DNA of 64,000 nt. Source: an uncultured bacterium (GTDB lineage: Bacteria; Edwardsbacteria; AC1; EtOH8). The notes under the pieces are model-generated. The model had not been told where the DNA came from, searched no databases, and saw nothing but the letters and a program-made list of their open reading frames with translations. The DNA lies in contig CAWAAX010000027.1 of the NCBI GenBank assembly GCA_963780225.1, positions 32,001-96,000 on the forward strand. The letters run 5' to 3'. Shown here piece by piece: positions 10,203 to 19,904 of this stretch. The number at the start of each line of letters is the position of its first letter. Position 1 is the stretch's first letter. The translations under genes were made by a program, and so were the position numbers.

Positions 10203-12703
10203 CAGCGGGTCTTTTTAAGCTTGATGAGCTCGCCCCTTGCATTTTCGTCGCCGGGATTGCGGGCCAGCCATTGCTCCAAGGTGGCGATGGCCTGGGCGGT
10301 GTTGTTTTGGGCCAAATAGAAGGTGTACAGCCGGCCGTATCCCTCGCCTAAATTGGGATTGATCTGGATGCCTTTCTTGTAATAATATTCGGCCGAGTCC
10401 TGCACCCCTGCCTGCTGAAAGGACATTCCCATCTGCATCAGGATATAGGGGTTGGCCGGGTCCTTCTGCATCACTTTGCGGAAATAACCCAAGGCCTTTG
10501 GGAAATCGCCCAGTTCGGCGTAGGTCACCCCCAGCCAGTTCAGGCCGGCCGATTCCTCAGGCATTATGTTGTGGGCCTGCTCGAATTGCTGGACTGCCTG
10601 CATCTGCAGTTCCTTGGACTCCTGAAGCCGGTTGTTCTGGCGGGCCTGGTCGGCCTGGCGGCGCAGGGCCATCCCCAGGTTCCAGTAGGTCACCGCGTAA
10701 TTTCCCAGCAGCCGCTGGGTGTTCTCGTCCTTGAACACCTTGGGATCGGTCAGGCCCCGCATCTTGTATACATTGTTCAGATTATTTTGGGTAACCTGGA
10801 TGTTGGGCTGTTTTTTGGAGGAGCTGTCCGGCAGTATCCGGTAAAGCATGCCTTCAAATGAGAGATAATTTTCCAGCCCGGTCAGGTTGTCGTCCGAGAC
10901 CGTGGCTGCAAAGTAGATGGGATATTGCTCCTGATAATCCTTGCCGAAGACCAGGGCGGCGAATTCTTTGGGCGGGGCCAGCACCTGGGCAAAAGAAAGT
11001 TTTTTTCCGGAGTTGGCCGCGATGATCAGCCGGACTGCTATGTCGGATATTTTGAAGATCTGACCATCTTTGGTGCGTGCAGGGAAATTATATTTTAGCT
11101 GGTCAATCTGATAATCCGAGATATCCATAGGCACGCCGTTCTGCTTCATCTGCTTAAGGTACCATTCGGTGTTTCCCAGGGAAAGGTTGACGATCCGTAC
11201 GTCCTTGCGAACCCTCCAGACCTCCTGCACGAACCAGACCGGGAAGGTGTCGTTGTCGCCGTTGGTGAAGATGATGCCGCCGGGCAGGGCCGACTGCAGG
11301 ATGTTGTAGCCGTAGTCCGCCGGGATCCAGTTGTTGGAGCGGTCCTTCTCGTGATAGTACCTTTTGACGTTGAACAGGCCAACCCCCAGCAGGATCACAC
11401 CCAAAGCAATGATGGCATAGCGGGTCCATTCTTTAGCGTATTTGGCCAGCAGTTCCCGCACCAGGTGCATCAGCCGCCAGGTGCCCATCCCGATCCAGAT
11501 GGCGAAGAACAGGTAGCAGGGCGCATAGATATAGTCCCGGTCGCGGGGCTGGGGATTTCCCATGTTCAGGTAGACCACCAAGCCCAGGCCGGTGATCAGG
11601 AAGGCCGGTCCCACCAGGGAAAAGCTTTTATCTTTGCGCTTGAGCAGGTGAAAGAAACCGAAGACGATGGCCAAAGCTATCAAAATTGCGGCCAGGGGGC
11701 TGCCCTGGAAAACGCCCAAGAGAATGCCGCCCACCAAAAGAACCAAAGCTGCGGTGGAGAGCTTCTTGTCCTCTCCCTCCCACAGGTGCATCAGGGCCCC
11801 GAAGATGCCCAAGGCCATGGAGACCACGTTGAACTGCCACTTGAAATAGCGGAAGAACATGTGGTTGAACTGGTACATGAAGTCGGCCTTGCGCTGAAAG
11901 AAATTGAATGGCTCGTACTGTTTACGCTGCAGCACGTACATCATTGAATCCCAGTCACGAGGGGCGCATTCATTGATGCCCGGATTGAGGTTGGACCGCA
12001 CCAGCAGATAAGCATTGATGGTCAGGGCCAGGAAGAACAACACCACGCCTATCAGCCAGATCTTCCAGTCCATCAGGGCCTTCCAGTCCACCATCAGGAT
12101 GAAGATCAGGATCGGCAGGGCCGCCAACAGAGTGGCCATATGGCTGGCCCAACCCAGGCCGAACAAGAAAGCTAAAAGCAGAATGACCTTGCGGTTGCCC
12201 ACCTGCCCCATGTTGTCCCGCCAGCGCATGGCCAGCCAGACCGTCAGGGTCAAGGTGAACATGGCCAGGCCGTAAACCTCGGCTTCGACTGAATTATCCC
12301 ACCAGGTGGGGGCGAAAGCTAAAAAGATGGCGCCCACCGCCCCGCTTAAATGAAGCATCAACCGTTCCAACTCGTCCTTGGGCTCGCCCCGCCACAAGAC
12401 GATCAGCTTGACGGTCAAAAGATAGACGAAAGCCACCGTGGCGGCTGAGAACAGCGGCGAGAGCAGGTTGATCCGGGCCGCGATCTCGGGCAGGAACTGG
12501 AACATCAGGATGGTGGTCCGGCCGATCACCGCGTAGAGGGGATATCCCGGGGGATGGGGAATGCCCAGGATGTTGGAGATGGCGATGAATTCCCCGCAGT
12601 CCCAGAACGAGGTGGTGGCGGCCATGGTCTTGACGTAGATGACGAAAGCCGTCAAAAACACGCCCAGCCCGGTTAGCAGCCTGATCTTGGTTTCCTTCTG
12701 CAT
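10202..12703 (-). CDS. DUF2723 (GT-C-like, TMEM260-like) membrane protein with C-terminal TPRs
   Basis: SFWDCGEF...HPPGYP, EAEVY and FTNGDNDTFP motifs; many hydrophobic helices; TPR-like tail. Confidence 0.88.
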   Translation of the reverse strand: MQKETKIRLLTGLGVFLTAFVIYVKTMAATTSFWDCGEFIAISNILGIPHPPGYPLYAVIGRTTILMFQFLPEIAARINLLSPLFSAATVAFVYLLTVKLIVLWRGEPKDELERLMLHLSGAVGAIFLAFAPTWWDNSVEAEVYGLAMFTLTLTVWLAMRWRDNMGQVGNRKVILLLAFLFGLGWASHMATLLAALPILIFILMVDWKALMDWKIWLIGVVLFFLALTINAYLLVRSNLNPGINECAPRDWDSMMYVLQRKQYEPFNFFQRKADFMYQFNHMFFRYFKWQFNVVSMALGIFGALMHLWEGEDKKLSTAALVLLVGGILLGVFQGSPLAAILIALAIVFGFFHLLKRKDKSFSLVGPAFLITGLGLVVYLNMGNPQPRDRDYIYAPCYLFFAIWIGMGTWRLMHLVRELLAKYAKEWTRYAIIALGVILLGVGLFNVKRYYHEKDRSNNWIPADYGYNILQSALPGGIIFTNGDNDTFPVWFVQEVWRVRKDVRIVNLSLGNTEWYLKQMKQNGVPMDISDYQIDQLKYNFPARTKDGQIFKISDIAVRLIIAANSGKKLSFAQVLAPPKEFAALVFGKDYQEQYPIYFAATVSDDNLTGLENYLSFEGMLYRILPDSSSKKQPNIQVTQNNLNNVYKMRGLTDPKVFKDENTQRLLGNYAVTYWNLGMALRRQADQARQNNRLQESKELQMQAVQQFEQAHNIMPEESAGLNWLGVTYAELGDFPKALGYFRKVMQKDPANPYILMQMGMSFQQAGVQDSAEYYYKKGIQINPNLGEGYGRLYTFYLAQNNTAQAIATLEQWLARNPGDENARGELIKLKKTR

Positions 12704-12767
12704 TTAACTGATGCTCCTTGCTGTGGATTAAGGATGAAGTATATCTGATTTATAAGTTAATTCCGAA

Positions 12768-12900
12768 AAATCCTAATGTCTAATGTCGAAATCCTAAACA
12801 AGCTCCAAAACCAGAAATCCTAAAATGCAAACCGTTTAGAGTTTGTGATGTTTTGAATATTTGCATTTGTTTAAGATTTAGGGTTTAGTATTTAGAAATT
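12768..12900. repeat. Heptamer-periodic inverted-repeat element, copy A
   Basis: aaatcctaatgtctaatgtcgaaatcctaaacaa ... aaaccgttt ... ttgtttaagatttagggtttagtatttagaaatt. Confidence 0.85.
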
Positions 12901-12906
12901 GGTCCT

Positions 12907-13740
12907 TCAGGTCCCCTGGTAGCTCTGGGCCGGCTGCTCGGGAACGGCCTCCACCTTGGCATGCAGGGACCGGGTCAGCGCCTTTTTAAGCTCGGCAGAG
13001 TCGGCTAATTTTGCCAGTCTCCCGTAGCGGCAAAGCGAGATGGCCTGGTTCTCCTCGGACACCACCACCGCCACCGCATCGGTCTCCAGGGTCAGGCCGT
13101 GGGCAGCCCGGTGCCGCATCCCGTAGCTGGCGGTTATCTCCGGATCCTGGGACACCGGCAGGGTGCAGCCGGCCGATATGATCATGTCGCCCCGGATGAT
13201 CACCGCGCCGTCGTGGAGGGGCCCGCCGGGGACGAACAGGGACATCAGCAGGGGCTCGGAGACCTTGGCCCCGATCTCGGTGCCGGTGTCGCTGAAATTC
13301 TTAAGCCCATCGTTCTTCTCGAAGACGATGATGGCCCCGAATCCCCTCTGGGAAAGGGTCTGGCAGGCCCGGGCCACTTCGTCGATGGCCTTGGCCTCGC
13401 CCTTGAGGAAGATCCCCAGAAAGCGGTTGCGCCCCAGCTGGGTCAGGGCGTTGCGGATCTCGGGTTGGAATAAGATGACAAAGGCCACCACCCACAGGGA
13501 TTTTAATGAGTCCATGAACCAGCCGGTGCCGGGCAGACTGTAAAGCTGGGCCGCTATCCCGATCACCACCAGCACCATCACCCCGAACAGCATCTGGATG
13601 GCCCGGGTGCCCTTCATCAGGTGAAATATTCTGAAGATGATGTAGGATACCAGCAGGATGTCCAGGATGTCCAGAGGCCGCACCGTCAGGAATGACAGGG
13701 CCCCCGGCAGATGGTAGGTGAAATTTAATCTTTCGATCAT
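12907..13740 (-). CDS. cdaA: Diadenylate cyclase CdaA/DacA
   Basis: Three N-terminal TM helices, FQPEIR, LHDGA, GMRHRAA, VSEE. Confidence 0.95.
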   Translation of the reverse strand: MIERLNFTYHLPGALSFLTVRPLDILDILLVSYIIFRIFHLMKGTRAIQMLFGVMVLVVIGIAAQLYSLPGTGWFMDSLKSLWVVAFVILFQPEIRNALTQLGRNRFLGIFLKGEAKAIDEVARACQTLSQRGFGAIIVFEKNDGLKNFSDTGTEIGAKVSEPLLMSLFVPGGPLHDGAVIIRGDMIISAGCTLPVSQDPEITASYGMRHRAAHGLTLETDAVAVVVSEENQAISLCRYGRLAKLADSAELKKALTRSLHAKVEAVPEQPAQSYQGT

Positions 13741-14573
13741 ATATTCTTTACGGCTTGGTAGACTATAAAGGCCTGGACTGTTTCTTTTACATCGTGGCAG
13801 CGAATAACAGAAGCTCCGTTCTGAACGGCCAGCAGGGCGGCCGCCAGGCTGCCGGGAAGCCGCTCGGAGGCCGGTATGTCATTGTTCAGTTTGCCGATGA
13901 ACGATTTCCGGGAAACGCCTACAACCAGAGGGCAATTGAATCTCTTGAAATATTCCAGATCCTTGATCAAGCTCAGGTTGTGTTCCACGGTCTTGCCGAA
14001 ACCGATGCCCGGGTCTATGGCCATTGTCTCATGCTTGATCCCGGCTTCCGCCGCCATCTTTATCGAGGCCTTCAGATAGGAGCCTACCTCGGCCAGCAGG
14101 TCGTCATATTGGGGATCTGTCTGCATGTTCTCCGGCGTGCCTTTGATGTGCATCAGCACCAGGCCTGCCTTGGCAGCAGAAACGGTGCGCGCCATTTCGG
14201 GATCGAAGTTTAGGCCGGAGATATCGTTGACTATGGAGGCCCCGGCCTCCAGCGCCTCTTTGGCCACTTGTGACTTGTAAGTGTCTATCGAGACCGGTAG
14301 TTTTAGTTTTGACGACAGTTGTTCTATTACCGGCAGCACCCTCTGCAGTTCCTCGTCCAATGATATCTTCTGTGCCCCAGGCCGGGTGGACTCCCCGCCG
14401 ATGTCAATGATGTCTGCGCCCTCTGCGGCCATCCGCAGGCCCTGTTCCACTGCGGTCTTGGGATCAAGGTATCTGCCGCCGTCGGAGAAGGAATCCGGTG
14501 TGACGTTGAGGATGCCCATCACCAGGGGCCTGTGACTTACGTCAAGTTTATATTTGCCGCACTGCCAGATCAT
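13737..14573 (-). CDS. folP: Dihydropteroate synthase
   Basis: MGILNVTPDSFSDGG, GGESTRPG, DPGIGFGK, SRKSF; ATG at 14573 chosen as start. Confidence 0.97.
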   Translation of the reverse strand: MIWQCGKYKLDVSHRPLVMGILNVTPDSFSDGGRYLDPKTAVEQGLRMAAEGADIIDIGGESTRPGAQKISLDEELQRVLPVIEQLSSKLKLPVSIDTYKSQVAKEALEAGASIVNDISGLNFDPEMARTVSAAKAGLVLMHIKGTPENMQTDPQYDDLLAEVGSYLKASIKMAAEAGIKHETMAIDPGIGFGKTVEHNLSLIKDLEYFKRFNCPLVVGVSRKSFIGKLNNDIPASERLPGSLAAALLAVQNGASVIRCHDVKETVQAFIVYQAVKNI

Positions 14574-14595
14574 CTGTTGTCTGCCAATCTGCAAG

Positions 14596-14635
14596 CATAA
14601 AGCTTATAGCTTATAGCTTACAGCCTTAAGCTTTA
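14596..14635. repeat. Short heptamer tandem repeat
   Basis: gcataaa gcttata gcttata gcttaca gccttaa gcttta between folE and folP. Confidence 0.7.
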
Positions 14636-14670
14636 TGTTTTAGGTGTTTTCGTGATTTTTAGTGGGCAGT

Positions 14671-15261
14671 TTATCCCCGCCCCTTTATCAGCGACAGCGC
14701 CTCCAGCCGGGTCGACTCTCGTTTCATCCCGCCCCGGATGGCCGAGGTGACCACGGATGAGCCCGGCTTTTTCACCCCCCGCATGGTCAGGCACAGATGC
14801 TCCGCCTCAACTACGACCAGCACGCCCAGAGGTTTCAGTTTTTTCATCAAAAGATCTGCAATGTCCGCGGCCAGGCGCTCCTGTAGCTGCAGCCTTTTGG
14901 ACATGACCTCCACCACCTTCACCAAACTGGAGAACCCGGTGATCTTGTTGTTGCGCGGAATGTAGGCGATGTGGACCCGGCCGAAGAACGGCAGCAGGTG
15001 GTGCTCGCAGAGCGAATGGAAGGTGATGTCCTTAACCAGGATCATCTCGTCCTCGTTCTTGGCGGTGTAGACCTTCAGCTCGTCGATGGGATCGGCCGAC
15101 ATGCCCGACATTACCTCCTCGTACATCCGGGCCACCCGGCAGGGAGTGTCCAGCAGGCCCTCCCGCCGGGGATCCTCGCCGATGGCCAGCAGCAGGTCCC
15201 TGACCGCTTGCTCTATCTTCGGCCCGTTCAAGGTTTTTATCTTAACTTTGGGCTTTGCCAT
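14671..15261 (-). CDS. folE: GTP cyclohydrolase I
   Basis: REGLLDTP, SLCEHHLLPF, RLQLQERL, HLCLTMRG. Confidence 0.97.
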   Translation of the reverse strand: MAKPKVKIKTLNGPKIEQAVRDLLLAIGEDPRREGLLDTPCRVARMYEEVMSGMSADPIDELKVYTAKNEDEMILVKDITFHSLCEHHLLPFFGRVHIAYIPRNNKITGFSSLVKVVEVMSKRLQLQERLAADIADLLMKKLKPLGVLVVVEAEHLCLTMRGVKKPGSSVVTSAIRGGMKRESTRLEALSLIKGRG

Positions 15262-17194
15262 TCTGCTTCTTCTCTTCCCCGTTCTTGTCGTTGGTCTTTG
15301 TTTCCCGGGCCGGCAGGGTCTGGCCCTTGATGATCAGCTCCACCTGCTCGCCGTCCAGGCATTCCCGCTCCAGCAGGGCGGCGGCCAGGTTCTCCAAAAT
15401 CTTCCGGTTATCCTTCAGCAGTTTGGATGCCTTTTGGTTGGCGCCGTCCACCAGGGTCCGGATCTCGGAGTCTATCAGTTCGGCAGTCTGTTCGGAATAG
15501 TTCTTGATATGGCCGTAATCCCGGCCCAGGAATATCTCTTCATCCTTTTTCCCGAAAGTCACCGGCCCAAGTTTCCGGCTCATCCCCCATTCGCAAACCA
15601 TCTTGCGGGACAGCTCGGTAGCCTGCTCGATATCATTGCCCGATCCGGTGGAGAGGTCCTTGAATATCAGCATCTCGGCTGCCCGGCCGCCCAGCATGAT
15701 GGCCATCCGGTTAAGGCACCAGGTCCGGGAGTAGTTGTGCTTTTCGTCGGTGGGTAGGGAGACGGTCACCCCCATGGCCCGTCCCCGGGGGATGATGGTC
15801 ACTTTGTGGATGGGGTCGGTGTCCTTGGTCAGCCGGCTGACCAGGGTGTGCCCGGCCTCGTGGTAGGCGGTCATCTTCTTCTCGTCGTCGGTGATCACCA
15901 TGCTCTTGCGCTCGGCCCCCATCAGCACCTTGTCCTTGGCCTCCTCCATGTCCTGCATGTAGACCTTGTCGTGGTTCTTGCGGGCCGCCAGCAGGGCGGC
16001 CTCGTTGACCATGTTGGCGATGTCGGCCCCGGAAAAACCCGGGGTGCCCCGGGCCAGTATCTTCAGGTCCACGTCAGCAGCCAGGGGCTTGTTCTTGGTA
16101 TGGACCTTCAATATACCCTCCCGGCCCACCACGTCCGGCCGGTCCACCACTATCACCCGGTCAAAGCGCCCCGGGCGCATCAAGGCCGGATCCAGCACGT
16201 CGGGCCGGTTGGTGGCAGCCAGGATGATCACACCCTCGTTGCCGGCAAAACCGTCCATCTCCACCAGCAGGGCGTTCAGGGTTTGCTCCCGCTCGTCGTG
16301 GCCCCCGCCCATCCCGGCCCCCCGGTGGCGGCCCACCGCGTCTATCTCGTCGATGAAGATGATGCAGGGGGCGCTGCGCTTGCCCTGTTCGAACAGGTCC
16401 CGCACCCGGGCCGCCCCCACTCCCACGAACATCTCCACGAAGTCCGAACCGGAGATGGAGAAGAACGGCACCCCGGCCTCACCGGCCACCGCCCGGGCCA
16501 GCAGGGTCTTGCCCGTGCCGGGAGAGCCTAGTAGCAATGCCCCCTTGGGGATCTTGCCGCCCAGCTTGGTGAACTTTTTGGGCTCCTTCAGAAATTCTAT
16601 TATCTCCCGAAGGTCGGTTTTGGCCTCGTCGGCTCCGGCTACGTCGCTGAAAGTAACTTTAATCTTGTCCTGGGAAAGCTTGGCCTTGCTTTTACCGAAG
16701 TTGAAGACGCCTTTCTGTCCGCCCTGCATCTGGCGCATGAACAGGAACCACAGCACGCCCAGCACTATCAGAAAACCGTAGTTCATCAGGAATGCCACCA
16801 GGCCGCTGGGCTCGGTGGACAGAGCCTTGATCCTGACGCCCCGGGCCTCCAGCTCAGCTATCAGGTTCGGGTCCTCGATCGGCAGAAAGGTCTTGAACTT
16901 GGGGTATTCCAGCCTGACCCCGGCCTTGACCTCCATCTTGGTGGACTTGAAGTTTCCCTTGACCTCACGCCCGGTGAAGATCACCTGGGTGATGTTCCCG
17001 GCGTTGAGCTCCTCCCGGAACTGGCTGTAGATGATGTCCATCTGCCGGTCCCTGGGCTTGGAGAACAGGTTGTACAGAGATATGGCCAGCATCACCAGTA
17101 TCACCCAGATCAGCACCGAACGTATGCCTTCGTTAAAACCCTTGGGGCCGGTGATCCTCTTAAGTCCCTTGCCGCCTTTATTCCCTTCCGCCAT
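15242..17194 (-). CDS. ftsH: ATP-dependent zinc metalloprotease FtsH
   Basis: Two TM helices, [30 protein letters not shown]. Confidence 0.98.
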   Translation of the reverse strand: MAEGNKGGKGLKRITGPKGFNEGIRSVLIWVILVMLAISLYNLFSKPRDRQMDIIYSQFREELNAGNITQVIFTGREVKGNFKSTKMEVKAGVRLEYPKFKTFLPIEDPNLIAELEARGVRIKALSTEPSGLVAFLMNYGFLIVLGVLWFLFMRQMQGGQKGVFNFGKSKAKLSQDKIKVTFSDVAGADEAKTDLREIIEFLKEPKKFTKLGGKIPKGALLLGSPGTGKTLLARAVAGEAGVPFFSISGSDFVEMFVGVGAARVRDLFEQGKRSAPCIIFIDEIDAVGRHRGAGMGGGHDEREQTLNALLVEMDGFAGNEGVIILAATNRPDVLDPALMRPGRFDRVIVVDRPDVVGREGILKVHTKNKPLAADVDLKILARGTPGFSGADIANMVNEAALLAARKNHDKVYMQDMEEAKDKVLMGAERKSMVITDDEKKMTAYHEAGHTLVSRLTKDTDPIHKVTIIPRGRAMGVTVSLPTDEKHNYSRTWCLNRMAIMLGGRAAEMLIFKDLSTGSGNDIEQATELSRKMVCEWGMSRKLGPVTFGKKDEEIFLGRDYGHIKNYSEQTAELIDSEIRTLVDGANQKASKLLKDNRKILENLAAALLERECLDGEQVELIIKGQTLPARETKTNDKNGEEKKQNGKAQS

Positions 17195-17727
17195 TATTCC
17201 TCCTCAATCCAGCTTATGTAAGGCAGGTTACGATGGAGCTGATTGTGATCCAGCCCGTAACCCACCACGAATTTATCGGGGATGTTAAACCCCTTGTATT
17301 TTACCGGCACCTGCATCCGCCGCCGGTCCTTCTTTTCCAGCAGGGTGCAGACCTCGAGGGAAGCGGGGCGCCGGGTCCTTAAGTTCTTCAAGAGATAGGA
17401 CAGGGTCAGCCCGCTGTCCACGATGTCCTCCAACAAAAGCACATGCCGTCCCCGGATGCCGGTGGAGAGGTCATGGTTGAGCCGCACCACGCCGGAGGTC
17501 CTGGTGCTGCCCTTGTAGCTGGCCACTGCTATGAAATCCACCTCCACCGGGATTGAGATCTCCCGCAGCAGGTCGGCCATGAATACGAACGATCCCCGGA
17601 GCACGCCCACCAGGACCAGGTCCTTCCCCTTATAGTCGGATGAGATCTTCCGGGCCATCTGCTTTACTTTGGCTTGGATCCGGGCTTTGGAGATCAGCAC
17701 CCTGCGGGTCTTCAGTTTTTTATTCAC
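17194..17727 (-). CDS. hpt: Hypoxanthine phosphoribosyltransferase
   Basis: EDIVDSGLTL, FVVGYGLD, RNLPYI; tilS-hpt-ftsH synteny. Confidence 0.96.
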   Translation of the reverse strand: MNKKLKTRRVLISKARIQAKVKQMARKISSDYKGKDLVLVGVLRGSFVFMADLLREISIPVEVDFIAVASYKGSTRTSGVVRLNHDLSTGIRGRHVLLLEDIVDSGLTLSYLLKNLRTRRPASLEVCTLLEKKDRRRMQVPVKYKGFNIPDKFVVGYGLDHNQLHRNLPYISWIEEE

Positions 17728-17879
17728 TTTAGCAAATTAAATTATTCACAAACCCTTCGTTAGTATAACCCGCCGCCCATACTCAGGACAGACCTTGGAG
17801 GAACAAACCGCATCGCTGCCTGGGTAATTTTTATAAGGAAACCAGGAAGCCATGAATTTATCGTTTTTCAATAGATTTT

Positions 17880-18272
17880 AATGATTATCCAATCAGCTCA
17901 GGAAACATGGAGAACATTAGGTGCCCGCCCCGGTTGTCGCGTTAAAACGATCAGTGAGCATCGCAGTTGATGGCGGTTAAAAGCTTGTCTGGTCTGTTTG
18001 AGGGCTTGGCCAAAGCCCGAGTTCAGACAAGCCCGTCATCAACGAGAAGCGCAGCGCGGACCCGCTGAAGCCTTGGCGTAAGCGTGGCCCGGAGAGTTTT
18101 AAGCGACGAGCTTTTTCTTTTGGTCCTTTGCTGGAGCCTGCCCTGAGAAGGCTATTTACCTTGCAAACGAAGGGGCGGTACAAAAAGAAAAGAACATAAT
18201 CGGATAAAATCTGCGTTTTCACCGCATTCATTATATTCTTTCTACTTTTCCTGATCAAGTTAGATAGTCATT
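17880..18272 (-). mobile_element. MITE-like element with structured core, copy 1 (393 bp, two internal palindrome insertions)
   Basis: TIRs aatgattatccaatcagctcaggaaa / tttcctgatcaagttagatagtcatt; 8-bp direct repeat TAGATTTT at 17872-17879 and 18273-18280. Confidence 0.9.
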
Positions 18273-18364
18273 TAGATTTTTTATAGTTACCGTTCTTCTA
18301 TGTATTTTTTTGAAACCATAAAGCCCCAAGTTTTCCTGCCTTCCTGGATTCCTTATAGTTTCCG

Positions 18365-19784
18365 TTATTTTATGGTTAGAAACTCCAGGCATAGCACCTT
18401 TTTGGTTGTTGCCGTGACGGGGTATGCATTTGATCTCCTGATCCCGCAGAGCCAGACCACGGTTTTCCCCCGGCGGACCAGCGGCCAGCCCGCCCTTTGT
18501 GCCTGCGGAATCCTGGCCTCTATGAAAATGTCCTTGATCTTCTTGTCCGACCTCTGTCCGAAGGGGATCATCCGGTCCCCGTCCTTTTTGCCCGTGATCC
18601 GCAGAGGACTGCCGTCCATTATGGCGGCGTCGAAGCAGGCCAGCTCCGGCGGGCATTTGTTGATATTCCGGACATCCCGCTTTTCGGCCAGCCGGGCTTT
18701 TATGGAATATGCTCCGGCCCTGGTGGTTCCCGGTATCTTCAGCGCCCCGGCTTTAAGCCCCGGAATCTGATTTTTGCTTTCTGCTTTTGCTTTTTGGGCA
18801 GTCAGCACCGCCCGGTCGTATATTTTCTCGATCCAAACATCTCCCGACAAATTGACTTTGGCCCCTGTTCTCCCGTTGTGGATCAGTTCCATGGCGCTGG
18901 AGATATGCAACAAATCCGGCACCGCCCCCCTGCCTAAAAGCAGCTCCGAACAGTGTCGTAATATATTATGCTGTAACCCTTTATTATATAACTTAAATTT
19001 TGATAAATCAATAGCTATTTTGGATTTATCGCATTTTGTACACGAGCGAAAAGCCTTTTCAACCTGTTCGTTTATGATCTCCAGATCGTGCTCCACATTA
19101 CCCGCCAGCTGGGACAAGGCCTTCTTTACTTGGGGATTATAAGTTTCCAGCAGGGGCATCAGCTGATGGCGGACCCGGTTGCGGAAGAACTGTTGGGAAC
19201 TGTTGGAAGCATCCCTGCGCCCGGCTAGTTTGTGCTGTTTAAGGTAGGCTTCGATTCGTTCCCGGCTGCAGCCCAGAAGAGGTCTGACGTATGGCCCGTT
19301 GACCAAAGGGATCCCGGCCAGGCCGCTTAAGCCGGAGCCCCGGATCAGGTGCATCAGCACGGTCTCGGCCTGGTCGTCCAGGTTGTGGCCGGTGGCTATC
19401 TTGCTGCATTTTTGTTTTTTTGAGACATCCAGCAGGGCCGCCCGCCTCAGCTCCCGGGCCGAAGTTTCCAGGGAGAGTTTGTTCTTCCGGGAGTGTGCTT
19501 TGACATCCACATTCACTGTGATCAGCTTTACCCCCCAGCGTTCAGCCAGCTGCCTGGCCCAGGCGGCATCGGCTTGCGAGGCTTTTCCCCGCAGATGGTG
19601 ATTGATGTGGCAGGCGGTCAGTTTGAAACCCAGTTCTCCGGACAATTCGTTCAAGACATGGAGCAGGCACAGCGAATCCGGACCGCCGGAGAAGGCCGCC
19701 AGCACGTGATCCCCGGAGCGGATCAGCTTCCGGGAGGTTATTAGTTCTTTGACCTGTGATCTCAGGTCTTCTTTTTGTATTCAT
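18365..19784 (-). CDS. tilS: tRNA(Ile)-lysidine synthetase (start anomalous)
   Basis: AFSGGPDS, HINHHLRG, ATGHNLDDQAET, RNRVRH and the C-terminal domain. The TilS-like frame extends upstream of the GTG at 19705 to 19780; the ATG at 19784 is one base out of frame. Confidence 0.93.
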
Positions 19785-19794
19785 CTGATATTTT

Positions 19795-19904
19795 CTATAA
19801 GGAATCCATGAATTACAGGAATGATTATTTGGTTCAGAGTTTCCAAATGGTTTCCTTGGCATCTGAGGTATAAAATATTTTCCTGTCTTCATGGTTTCCT
19901 TATA
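19795..19904. repeat. 9-nt periodic inverted-repeat element (CAGGAA type)
   Basis: ctataaggaatccatgaattacaggaa ... ttcctgtcttcatggtttccttatag. Confidence 0.8.

Noticed and set aside
17977..18258. ORFs inside the MITE copies (also 51120-51308 and 56711-56899)
   Set aside because: Frames, strands and lengths are inconsistent between copies, indels ignore frame, and there are no recognisable motifs.
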